Origin: a candidate division WOR-3 bacterium
GTDB taxonomy: Bacteria; Hydrothermota; UBA3072; B12-G15
Reading direction: 5' to 3'
DNA: 64,000 nucleotides
Assembly: GCA_965649055.1 (NCBI GenBank)
Contig: CBFGJG010000004.1
Location: forward strand, 1-64,000
Under the pieces are notes generated by a model. The model worked only from the letters and a program-made list of their open reading frames with translations, was not told where the DNA came from and did not search any database. Below are positions 38,865 to 48,450 of this stretch, piece by piece; the stretch's first letter is position 1; the number at the start of each line of letters is the position of its first letter. Made by a program: the position numbers and the translations under genes.

Positions 38865-39725
38865 ATGAAAAAAGCTTCGGTTGTTATACCAGTTTACAAT
38901 TCTGAAAAATTTATTTATCATACATTATCTTCTGCACTATCACAGAGTTATAAGAACCTTGAAATAGTTATAGTGGATGATACATCAAAAGATAATACCG
39001 AAAAAATTATAAAGGAAAATTTTAGTAATGAGTTAAATTCAAAAAAAATTATTTATATAAAAAATAAAGAAAACCTTGAAAGATGCGAAAGCAGAAATAT
39101 AGGAGTAAAATATTCAGGTGGGGATTATATATTTTTTCTTGACCACGATGATATGTATAAGGAAGATTATATTAAATCTGTTATACCATATTTCAATGAA
39201 TATGATTTGATTTATTCAATCCCGAGAAGTTTCATAGATGAAGACAATAAGATAATAAGGGTCTCTAAAATGAAGTATAAGGAAATTGGTGAAGAAATAT
39301 TCTCCGGGAATATAGGCTACTCAATTGGAATAGCAATCAGGAAAGAGTGTTTTACAGGATTCAATAAGGATTTTTTATACAGGGAAGACTGGGAGTTCAT
39401 TATCAGAAATTATATGGAGGGGAAGAAGATAAAAATTCTTGATAATGATAAAATCTTTATTAGAGAACATAATAAAAGGACTGGGAATGATTTTAGATAT
39501 TGTGTTGCAACATTGAATATTCTGGAATCTTATTTTGAGAAAATAGAGAATAAATACAGACCTTTTATGCTTTTCCATGCAGGAGAAACATGTTTAAGAT
39601 TTGGTAGATTTCTTGAAGGTTGGAAGATGGTTATTTTGGCATCAATGATTAACAGCGAAACATTGCTCAAAAAAAGACAATTAGGGAATTTGTTAAAATG
39701 GGGGTTGAGATTAAAGAGAATATAA
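38865..39725 (+). CDS. Glycosyltransferase family 2
   Basis: SVVIPVYN, VDDTSKD, FLDHDD, EDW. Confidence 0.9.
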   Translation: MKKASVVIPVYNSEKFIYHTLSSALSQSYKNLEIVIVDDTSKDNTEKIIKENFSNELNSKKIIYIKNKENLERCESRNIGVKYSGGDYIFFLDHDDMYKEDYIKSVIPYFNEYDLIYSIPRSFIDEDNKIIRVSKMKYKEIGEEIFSGNIGYSIGIAIRKECFTGFNKDFLYREDWEFIIRNYMEGKKIKILDNDKIFIREHNKRTGNDFRYCVATLNILESYFEKIENKYRPFMLFHAGETCLRFGRFLEGWKMVILASMINSETLLKKRQLGNLLKWGLRLKRI

Positions 39726-42484
39726 AGAAAGTCCTTGCTTCTGCAGGTGGAGGAAAGACAACAAGATTATCTACAGAATTTATTTCGATTTTGAAAAACA
39801 ATCCTTATAGTTTAAGAAATATCCTTGCAATCACATTTACAAATAAAGCAGCAAATGAGATGAAGAAAAGGATATTGGAAAATTTGAAAGAAGAAGCGAT
39901 TCAAAAAAAAGATAAATTAGCAGAAATCCTTGTGGATAATATAATTAATAATTTCAGTGATTTCTCAATTAAGACAATAGATAGTTTTATACATTCAATG
40001 ATAAGAGCGTTTCAGTATGAACTGGGACTTAATCTCGAAACAGAGGTTAAACTTGATGTAGAGAGGTATTATGAAATTGCGTTTGAGAGGTTGATGGAAC
40101 TTTCATTAGAAGACGAAAAAATAAAAGAGATATTTATCAAATATGCAGATTATTATTTTGAAGACGCAAAAGGATTGCGTTTCTGGGAAAATATGTATGA
40201 AAAACTGAAAAAAATGTTAAAGGATATTTTTGATAAGGAAATTAAACTAAGAGGATTTGATAGAGCAGATGATTTAACATCTGTATCCAATTTTACATAT
40301 TGTCTTCATAACCTGATAAATAAATACATTGGTTGCATAAATGAAATAGAGAAAGAAGAAAACATAATACTTATCGAAAGATTCGGGGACTATATAAGAA
40401 GGTTATTCGATATTTATCAAGATATACCATTTATATATTACAAGATAGGAAGTAGATTCAGACATATTCTTATAGATGAATTTCAGGATACAAGCATAGT
40501 TCAATGGAATAATATTGAACCTATAGTCCATAATATTATTTCTGAAGGCGGGACATTTTTCTATGTCGGTGACCCAAAACAATCAATATACCAGTGGCGC
40601 GGAGGAACCCCTGCCCTTTTTGAAGAGGTGAAAGAGAAATTTAAAAATTACGGTGTTAAAGAAGAAAATCTTGATATAAACTATAGGTCAAGGGAAATTA
40701 TAGTTAAATTCGTAATGGATATTTTTAATATTGAGAACATTAAAGATATAAAAAATAATATTAAAGATAAGGATATTTCTGAGAGTATTTTTGAAGAGTT
40801 TGAATTACATATACAACATTTCGAGAATGTTGAACAGAAAATTAGAGATGATAAAAAAGATAGTGGATATGTTGTTATTAAGAAAAAAAATGAATCAGAG
40901 ATAGAAAATTCGATTGTTGAAGAATTGAAAGAGATAAATAAGAGAAGGAATTATTCAGATATAGCAATACTGGTTCGAACAAATAAACAGGTAAGTGATA
41001 TTGTAAAGATTCTGAGTATGAATGGAATACCATATTATACAAGGGAAAATCTTGATGTTTTTGAAAATGAAATTGTAAGGGAAATAATATCATTTTTGAA
41101 ATTTATAAATACACCTAACGATAATCTCTCATTCTTTAATTTTATAACAGGGAAATGTTTTCTTAAGGTATCTGGTATTGAAAAGGATTTTATCATCGAA
41201 AAGTTTCTCGATTGTAAAGATAAATATTTCTATTCATACTTTCAGAAGATTTTTGAAAAAGAGTGGGAAAAATTTATAAAGCCATATTTTAATAGATTTG
41301 GATATATTCCTTTATATGAACTTATAATTGAATTTATTCGAGATTACAAAATATATGAAAATTTTAAAAACGAGATAGGGTTTGTAGAGGCATTCCTTGA
41401 ATATATTTATAAAATAAAAGATTATGGGAATGATATTTCTACTATTATAGAAAAAATAAATGAAGAAAAGGTTAAGATTAATCAGGGAATATATGAAAAT
41501 GCAGTTACTGTATCAACCGTTCATTCTGTAAAAGGTCTTGAATTCCCTGTTGTTTTTTTACCTTATCTTGAATACACTTTGGATCAGAAGTATATTCCTA
41601 AAGAATTTTTTATTGGTGAAAATGATAAGATATTTGTAAGGTTTAAAGATGAAAATGAAAAAAACAAAGAAGAAACAGAATGTTTAAAAACTGAAGAAAA
41701 CATTTATAAAGAAACCATAAAAAATGAATATTATAAAAATGCTGTCCGTATACTTTCAGAAGAAATTAATTTGCTTTATGTCGCATTAACAAGGGCAAAG
41801 GATGAATTATATATTTATTATACAACCGCAGAAAAAAATGAAATAAAATTAACTTATAAAGGTCTCGGGAAGTTATGGAACTTAATTATTAATAAGTATA
41901 TGTCTGAAAAAGGCGAAGAATTAAAAATTGGAGACCCAATAACCAAGAAAAGTGAGGAAAAAGGAGTTGAATATTTTTACCCTGAAAGAAAATCAGGTTA
42001 TGATGATATGATTAAGTCGATTGTAATAAAAAAGAAAGAAACTTTTATTGAAGAAGAAAAAATTGGAGAGGCATTCCACAAGGTCTTGGGAAATGTTTAC
42101 AATATAAACGAGGAAGATATATTTAACGAACTTGAATACGTTGTTAATTGTATGTTCCCAAAAAATAAAAGAGAATACTATAAAGAAAAAATAAAAGCGT
42201 TATTAAAAAGTTTAATTGAATGGCAAGAAATTAAAGAAATTTTAATGGGTGATGAGATTCTTTTAGAGAAATGGGGTTGCGACGAAGATGGTATGTTAAG
42301 GATTGACAGAATTATATTTGATGGTGATAATATAAGGATTATAGATTTTAAGACAGGAAAGGAAAATACAGAAGATAAAAAGCAGATTGAAAGATACAAA
42401 AGATTCATAAAAAGTGTTCACAAAGATAAAAAGATAAAAGGTTTCTTGATTTATGTGTTAGATAGAAAAATCGAGGAGGTGTAA
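39698..42484 (+). CDS. addA: AddA-like UvrD helicase with C-terminal RecB-type nuclease
   Basis: ASAGGGKT, TFTNKAA.EM, DEFQDTS, VGDPKQSIY, LYVALTRAK, RIDRI..IIDFKTG. Confidence 0.85.
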   Translation: MGVEIKENIKKVLASAGGGKTTRLSTEFISILKNNPYSLRNILAITFTNKAANEMKKRILENLKEEAIQKKDKLAEILVDNIINNFSDFSIKTIDSFIHSMIRAFQYELGLNLETEVKLDVERYYEIAFERLMELSLEDEKIKEIFIKYADYYFEDAKGLRFWENMYEKLKKMLKDIFDKEIKLRGFDRADDLTSVSNFTYCLHNLINKYIGCINEIEKEENIILIERFGDYIRRLFDIYQDIPFIYYKIGSRFRHILIDEFQDTSIVQWNNIEPIVHNIISEGGTFFYVGDPKQSIYQWRGGTPALFEEVKEKFKNYGVKEENLDINYRSREIIVKFVMDIFNIENIKDIKNNIKDKDISESIFEEFELHIQHFENVEQKIRDDKKDSGYVVIKKKNESEIENSIVEELKEINKRRNYSDIAILVRTNKQVSDIVKILSMNGIPYYTRENLDVFENEIVREIISFLKFINTPNDNLSFFNFITGKCFLKVSGIEKDFIIEKFLDCKDKYFYSYFQKIFEKEWEKFIKPYFNRFGYIPLYELIIEFIRDYKIYENFKNEIGFVEAFLEYIYKIKDYGNDISTIIEKINEEKVKINQGIYENAVTVSTVHSVKGLEFPVVFLPYLEYTLDQKYIPKEFFIGENDKIFVRFKDENEKNKEETECLKTEENIYKETIKNEYYKNAVRILSEEINLLYVALTRAKDELYIYYTTAEKNEIKLTYKGLGKLWNLIINKYMSEKGEELKIGDPITKKSEEKGVEYFYPERKSGYDDMIKSIVIKKKETFIEEEKIGEAFHKVLGNVYNINEEDIFNELEYVVNCMFPKNKREYYKEKIKALLKSLIEWQEIKEILMGDEILLEKWGCDEDGMLRIDRIIFDGDNIRIIDFKTGKENTEDKKQIERYKRFIKSVHKDKKIKGFLIYVLDRKIEEV

Positions 42485-42485
42485 T

Positions 42486-45332
42486 ATAGAAGTATTTGTT
42501 ATTCCTTTTAAATCAAATTTTTTAAAAAACACTGCTAAATTTTTAATAGAGAGATACGGAGATAAAATTTCAGATATAAAAATAATATTCCCCAATAAAA
42601 GACCAGGAATCTATATTCTTGAAGAAATAAAAAAAATATTAAAAAAGCCATTTTTTCCACCAGATGTATTATCAATAAATGAGTTTGTATTTAATCTTTA
42701 TACCATAGATTTCAAGGATAAAAGACTTTGTGATAATGAAGAAGAACTGGTCTATCTTATTTATAAATCAGCAAAAGAAATAGATGATGAGAAATTTTTT
42801 AATAAAGAGATACTTGAATCTTTTGATGATTTCTACCTTTTTGGGAAAGCACTTCTTGGTGTAATAAACGATATGGAAATATTTCATGTTGACTATAATA
42901 AGATTGAAGAATATACAAAGTATGAGGATGATAACATTAATAAATACACAATTAAACTTTTAAATAATATTTCAAAGATTATGAATAATTTCTATGATTA
43001 TCTTGATAAGGAAAAAATTTTCTTCAGAGGCCAGGCATATAAGTATGTATCAAAAAATTTAAAAAATCAAAACTATAGAATAGCATTCTGTGGATTCAAT
43101 GCTCTGAATAAATCCGAAGAGATAATAATGAAACATTTTCTTGAACAGGATTCAATAATGATTCTACAGAGCAATGTAGATGAATGGGAAAAAGATGTTA
43201 ACTCTCCATTCTATTTCCATAACCTTCTTAAAGAAAAATGGGGATTTAATCCAGAGATTATTTGTGAGGAAGAGATAAAAGAAACAGAAATAAATATTTT
43301 TGAAGCACCTTATATTCACTCAGAGGTTCTCGCATTAAAAGATATTAATAAAGAAAACACTGCTATAGTTCTTCCTGATAATAATACATTATTACCTGTT
43401 ATATATAGGGTAAAAGATTTATCAATAGATAAATTTAATGTATCAATGGGATTTCCCTTTGCAATGACTCCTGTCTATTCTCTTTTTAAGGTATTTATAA
43501 AGATTTTCTTAAATATGGATGATCGCAAGATATATATAAGAGATTATATTGATTTTATCAGGAATCCCTATATTAAAAGATTAAAAATAAAAAATATTGA
43601 AATATCAGAAATTATTTACATTGTAGAAAGAAAACTGATGGATAACCATAAAAATTTTGGATTGTCCTTTGCAAGCATTGAGGATATTGAAGATATCGTG
43701 CGTAATAATTTAGAAGAAAATAAAAGATTTGAATATTTTAAAGAATTTAATAGTAAATTCATAAAAATCTTCAAAAATGTTAAAAGCGTAAGAGAAATTA
43801 CCGAGAATTTACTAAATGTTTTTAAATTCATTTTTGATAATCAAGATTACAAAGATAATATTTTTTTAAATCAATTTCTTTCTGTATTTTTTGATAAACT
43901 TGAAAATATTTCGAATTCTTTGATAGGGGAATATGTTTCCACGGATAAGAAGGGAATGTGGAATCTAATAGATATGATTGTAAAAGATATTACTATACCA
44001 TTTTCAGGAGAACCACTTGTAGGGCTACAGATTCTTGGATTTCTTGAAACAAGGTGCCTTAACTTTGATAATGTTTATATGCTTGATGTTAATGAGGGTA
44101 TAATACCTAAAAATAAAAAAATAGATCCTATTTTACCATTTGAATTAAGATGTGCTATTGGTCTTCCGGATTATAAACAGGATGAATCAATGTTTGCTTA
44201 TAATTTTTACAGACTTATATACGGTGCAAAAAATGTCTGTCTTATTTATACAAATGCAGAAACAGGTGAAACGGATAATTACAGGAGCAGATTTATTGAG
44301 AAGATTATATGGGAAAATGAAAAAATGAATAAAAAAATTGAAGTAAGTAATATTGTATTACCAGCAAATTATATAAAGAAGGAAAAATATGAATATAAGA
44401 AAAACGAAAAATTGATGGAGATTCTTAAAAATGAAGTTTATTCAGGGACAAAACTTGATACTTATCTTAGATGCCCAATGAAATTCTTGTTGAGATATGT
44501 TTTGAAAATAGAATCTCCGGTAGAGATAGAAGATGATATTAAAGGAGATAAGATAGGTATTTTTGTTCATAAATTGTTTAAAGTTTATTTCGAGCCTTTC
44601 ATCGGTAAGAAGGCAAATGAAAAAGATAAAAATGGATTCTTTTTAATTTTTGACAATGAATTTGATGAATTTTTCAAAGAATACGATAAAACAAAAAAGA
44701 TATTTCTTAAAGAAGCACTCAAACGGAGATTAGAAAAAATGTATCAGACTATTGATAATATTAATAGTGAAAAAATCTGTTATCTTGAGAAAGAAATAGA
44801 AAGCACAATTACCTTAAATGGTAAGGAAATAAAATTAAAAGGCATAATGGACAGAATAGATATGTCGGTTGATAATTGTTACATAATAATAGATTATAAG
44901 ACAGGCTCTAATGTTGAAACGCCTAAAAAATTAGACAACATAAAAAAGGAAATCGAAAAAGCAAATAAGTTTTTATCGAGAGAGGAAGTTGAAAAAAATA
45001 TTAAAACATTACAACCTTCATGTTACATATATCTTTTTTCAAGATATAAAAATATCAGTCCTGAAAAAATAAAATTTTATTTTGTAAGATTCAATGAAAT
45101 AAAAAAAGTAAGTCCTTGTAATAGCAATAAAGGTGAAAACAAAAAAGACGAAAATGAATTTAAAGAATATTTAAATTATCCAGAATACCTTGGATATCTT
45201 GAAAATGGATTAAAATTTGTCCTTTCGGAAATATTAGACCCTGAAATACCATTTTATATGACGGATAATGAAAAAACCTGTTTAAATTGTGATTATGTGT
45301 ATTTTTGCGGAAAGAAGAAAAAGGATTATTAG
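42486..45332 (+). CDS. addB: AddB-like PD-(D/E)XK nuclease subunit with probable Fe-S cysteines
   Basis: Frame open from ATA 42486 after GAGGAGG and includes IFPNKRPG; LQILGFLETR, CP.KF, G.MDRID, IIDYKTG, C..C.....C. Confidence 0.8.
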   Translation: MEVFVIPFKSNFLKNTAKFLIERYGDKISDIKIIFPNKRPGIYILEEIKKILKKPFFPPDVLSINEFVFNLYTIDFKDKRLCDNEEELVYLIYKSAKEIDDEKFFNKEILESFDDFYLFGKALLGVINDMEIFHVDYNKIEEYTKYEDDNINKYTIKLLNNISKIMNNFYDYLDKEKIFFRGQAYKYVSKNLKNQNYRIAFCGFNALNKSEEIIMKHFLEQDSIMILQSNVDEWEKDVNSPFYFHNLLKEKWGFNPEIICEEEIKETEINIFEAPYIHSEVLALKDINKENTAIVLPDNNTLLPVIYRVKDLSIDKFNVSMGFPFAMTPVYSLFKVFIKIFLNMDDRKIYIRDYIDFIRNPYIKRLKIKNIEISEIIYIVERKLMDNHKNFGLSFASIEDIEDIVRNNLEENKRFEYFKEFNSKFIKIFKNVKSVREITENLLNVFKFIFDNQDYKDNIFLNQFLSVFFDKLENISNSLIGEYVSTDKKGMWNLIDMIVKDITIPFSGEPLVGLQILGFLETRCLNFDNVYMLDVNEGIIPKNKKIDPILPFELRCAIGLPDYKQDESMFAYNFYRLIYGAKNVCLIYTNAETGETDNYRSRFIEKIIWENEKMNKKIEVSNIVLPANYIKKEKYEYKKNEKLMEILKNEVYSGTKLDTYLRCPMKFLLRYVLKIESPVEIEDDIKGDKIGIFVHKLFKVYFEPFIGKKANEKDKNGFFLIFDNEFDEFFKEYDKTKKIFLKEALKRRLEKMYQTIDNINSEKICYLEKEIESTITLNGKEIKLKGIMDRIDMSVDNCYIIIDYKTGSNVETPKKLDNIKKEIEKANKFLSREEVEKNIKTLQPSCYIYLFSRYKNISPEKIKFYFVRFNEIKKVSPCNSNKGENKKDENEFKEYLNYPEYLGYLENGLKFVLSEILDPEIPFYMTDNEKTCLNCDYVYFCGKKKKDY

Positions 45333-46606
45333 ATTTCTACAGGCATACCAAGTAGATATCCTTGACCATAAAGAATCCCGTGTTCCTTCAAAAATTCAAG
45401 GTCTCTTTCATTTTCTATTCCTTCTGCAATCATTATTGAACCAATTTTATTGGAGAACTCAAGCATTGATTTCAAAAGTTCCTGTCTAATAAGGTCTTCT
45501 GATATATTTTTTATGAGTGTTTTATCATATTTTAAATATTTAGGTTTTATCTCTGCTATCCTTTCAAGTGTTGAATAACCTGTTCCTACATCATCAAGTG
45601 CTATCTCAAAATTGAGATTCTTTAACTTGTCTATGAATTCACCATAAATATTTTTTTCATATATCACAAATTTCTCAGTTATTTCAAATACAATCTTTTT
45701 ATCATTGGTAATTTCTTTAGAGAAATTTCTTAAAAAGTCCCCCTTGAACATATTAGGTATAAAATTAGGTGTAACATTAAGAAATAATCTTTTATCTTTT
45801 TTTATGTTTTCCGTTTTCATTAAAGCCTTTGAAAGGCAGATTTTCTCAAGTTCGTTTATCAGCGTGGATTTTGCCGCAAGGCTGAATATAATATCAGGTT
45901 CAAAGAAATAAGAATTTTTAGGACCCCTTGATAGTGCTTCAAAGCCAAATATTTCATTATTAGAAAGTTCATAAATTGGCTGGAAGTAAGTAAAAATATT
46001 CTGTTTTTTAATAATATTTTTCAATTCGTTTAAAAGTTCTTCTTCACTTCTTTTTTCTTTAAAATATGCTGAGAATCTTGCATTTTCAGTTGCCTGATAT
46101 ATTATTCTCTCTATTCTCATCATAGGTTCAAAAGTAAATATCTTATAACCGAAATAGAAAACTATTTTACTCCAAAGGTTTGAAATTTCTTGATTCACCT
46201 TTATATTCAAAAGACATTTCTGTATTTCAGAAATTGTTTTTTCCGCGAATTCTGAACTGATTTCTTCATTTGTATTTTCTTCCGAGAAGAAGATAAATAA
46301 CCCGTCACTTTTTATTGATGATATTGCAATTATCGGCGGAACCTTAAATGATTTGGATAAGCATTCTTTTACATTTCTCGCAAATAACTTGATTGCATTG
46401 TCATAAGCTTCCCATCCATATATCTGCTCAAGCATATTCTCTCTTCCAATTGTCATATATATACAGCATATACTTCTATTTTTCGTAATCATTCTTCTCA
46501 GGTTTTCAAATTCTATGTTCAATGTTGGAAGAGATGTGTTTTCATCATAGAGGGCACTTTTAAATCGCAGAATATCCGCTTTTAATTTTAAAATTTCCTT
46601 ATCCAT
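45329..46606 (-). CDS. EAL c-di-GMP phosphodiesterase with degenerate GGDEF-like N-terminal domain
   Basis: FQPI, EALSR, EITE, DDVGTGYS, AEGIE, QGY; N-terminal TSLP...YGW...SDGLF. Confidence 0.88.
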   Translation of the reverse strand: MDKEILKLKADILRFKSALYDENTSLPTLNIEFENLRRMITKNRSICCIYMTIGRENMLEQIYGWEAYDNAIKLFARNVKECLSKSFKVPPIIAISSIKSDGLFIFFSEENTNEEISSEFAEKTISEIQKCLLNIKVNQEISNLWSKIVFYFGYKIFTFEPMMRIERIIYQATENARFSAYFKEKRSEEELLNELKNIIKKQNIFTYFQPIYELSNNEIFGFEALSRGPKNSYFFEPDIIFSLAAKSTLINELEKICLSKALMKTENIKKDKRLFLNVTPNFIPNMFKGDFLRNFSKEITNDKKIVFEITEKFVIYEKNIYGEFIDKLKNLNFEIALDDVGTGYSTLERIAEIKPKYLKYDKTLIKNISEDLIRQELLKSMLEFSNKIGSIMIAEGIENERDLEFLKEHGILYGQGYLLGMPVEI

Positions 46607-46982
46607 TTTCTATCTTCCTGAAAATCTGTTCAATTCTTTTTATCAATTCATCAGAGGTAAAAGGTTTACAGATATAATCAATTGCACCTTCCTTAAGACC
46701 AATTATCTTATCATGTGCGTCAAGCCTTGCAGTGATAAAAGCAACAGGTATATCTCTGAAATTTTCATCTGATTTTAACATATTTTTAAAACTGAAACCA
46801 TCTATTTCAGGCAACATAATATCAAGTAATATCAAATCAACCCTGTTCTTTTGCAGTATCATCAAAGCATCATTCACATTTGTTGATGTGAATGTGGCAT
46901 AATTTGCATCATTCAACACCATAGAAACAAAGTTTAAAATATCTTCTTCATCATCAATTATTAGTATTTTTTTTCTTTTCAT
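46599..46982 (-). CDS. Single-domain response regulator
   Basis: IIDDE, LLDIMLP.IDG, ITA, KPF. Confidence 0.93.
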   Translation of the reverse strand: MKRKKILIIDDEEDILNFVSMVLNDANYATFTSTNVNDALMILQKNRVDLILLDIMLPEIDGFSFKNMLKSDENFRDIPVAFITARLDAHDKIIGLKEGAIDYICKPFTSDELIKRIEQIFRKIENG

Positions 46983-48450
46983 AAATTTCTCCCGGTATCT
47001 TAAAAATAATATGGAATCCTATTTTATCATTTTTAGCCCAGATTTTACCATTATGTGCTTCTATAATACTCTTACATATTGAAAGTCCGAGACCCATTCC
47101 ACCATATTTTCTGCTTGAATCAACATCAATCTGGTAAAATGGTTCAAATATCATACTGAGTTTTTTTTCTGGTATTTTTTCGCTATTGTTGTAAAAATCA
47201 AATAAAACAAATTCTCTGCCATTCTCATTCAATAATGAGTTATTAATCTTAATAAACCCATTTTCAGGTGTGAATTTTGAAGCGTTAAGGAGTATATTTT
47301 CGAAGACATTCTTTATTTTTTCTTTATCAACTATACAATCTTTTACTTCAAGATTAATCTCTGTTTTTATATTTTTATTTTCAAGATATGGTGAAAAATC
47401 CTGCAATGTATCTTTAATTATCTTTTCAATATTTGTTTTTTCAGGTTCTATTTTTACACCTTCAAGAAGGTATTGGGAGATTTGTAATAAGGAATGTATG
47501 TCTTTATTCAGTCTTTCAAGGTTTCTTTTTATAATCTCAAGACTTTTCCTCTGCTTTTCATTGGGTTCTCCAAGTTTACCCTTCAAAAGGTAATCAACAT
47601 AACCTAAGGATGCAGTTAAAGGCGTTCTCAATTCGTGGGAAATATTCGCAATCATCTGTGTCTTTTGCTTATCCCTTTCTTTCAGCTCGTTTACTAAGTT
47701 TTTTAAATCCATAATATTTATTCTTATCCTTTCAGACATAAAATTAAAAGTATCGGCTAATTCCTGGAATTCATCATTTGTCTTTATCTTTATAACCCTG
47801 GAAAAATCACCTTTTGCTATTTCTTTAGCAGCGTTTTCAAGAATTGAAATATTAGAGGTTATAAGACCTGAGAGGAATATAGAGATTATTGCGCTTAGTA
47901 TTAATATAATGAATAGGATTGTGGAAGAAATTTTTATAATGTTACTGATTTCTTTCTTTAACCTGTCATATGAGAAATAATAAACAATAGAAAATCTATG
48001 AACACCAAATCCATCAATATAAGGGTATATTATTCTAATATCTGAACTTTTTAATGTTTTAGGTTCAAGCGATTTTAAGTTGTCTAAAACAAACTTATCG
48101 TCAGTATATCTTATTTTCTGGTTTGTTGGCATGCTTGACTCGGTAAAATCAGAATCAAAGAGTATTTCACCATATAAATCAATAATCTGCAATTTTTTTA
48201 AGTCATTTGAAAGGGTAATATGTGTTATTATGAATTCTCTGAATTTGAAATATAAACTATGGTAATATCTGATATACATATCGGCAAATTTATCATAAGT
48301 TATCCTTGAGAAAGTCTCAGCATTTTTATAAAATTCTTCCTTTAATTGTCTATATGATGAAAGTAAAAAAGATATATAAAGTATAACATATATAATTATC
48401 ACTCCCAGAGTTATTATTATACTCACTTTGTATCTAAAAGGTATCTTCAT
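46954..48450 (-). CDS. Membrane sensor histidine kinase (HAMP-HisKA-HATPase)
   Basis: Two TM segments, DEF..LA..FN.M, SHELRTPL, NASKFT, GGMGLGLSI. Confidence 0.93.
   Translation of the reverse strand: MKIPFRYKVSIIITLGVIIIYVILYISFLLSSYRQLKEEFYKNAETFSRITYDKFADMYIRYYHSLYFKFREFIITHITLSNDLKKLQIIDLYGEILFDSDFTESSMPTNQKIRYTDDKFVLDNLKSLEPKTLKSSDIRIIYPYIDGFGVHRFSIVYYFSYDRLKKEISNIIKISSTILFIILILSAIISIFLSGLITSNISILENAAKEIAKGDFSRVIKIKTNDEFQELADTFNFMSERIRINIMDLKNLVNELKERDKQKTQMIANISHELRTPLTASLGYVDYLLKGKLGEPNEKQRKSLEIIKRNLERLNKDIHSLLQISQYLLEGVKIEPEKTNIEKIIKDTLQDFSPYLENKNIKTEINLEVKDCIVDKEKIKNVFENILLNASKFTPENGFIKINNSLLNENGREFVLFDFYNNSEKIPEKKLSMIFEPFYQIDVDSSRKYGGMGLGLSICKSIIEAHNGKIWAKNDKIGFHIIFKIPGEIYEKKKNTNN

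Noticed and set aside
39698..45332. Helicase-nuclease pair as a novel defence system or Cas4-like adaptation module
   Set aside because: The motifs and paired architecture fit ordinary AddAB recombination enzymes
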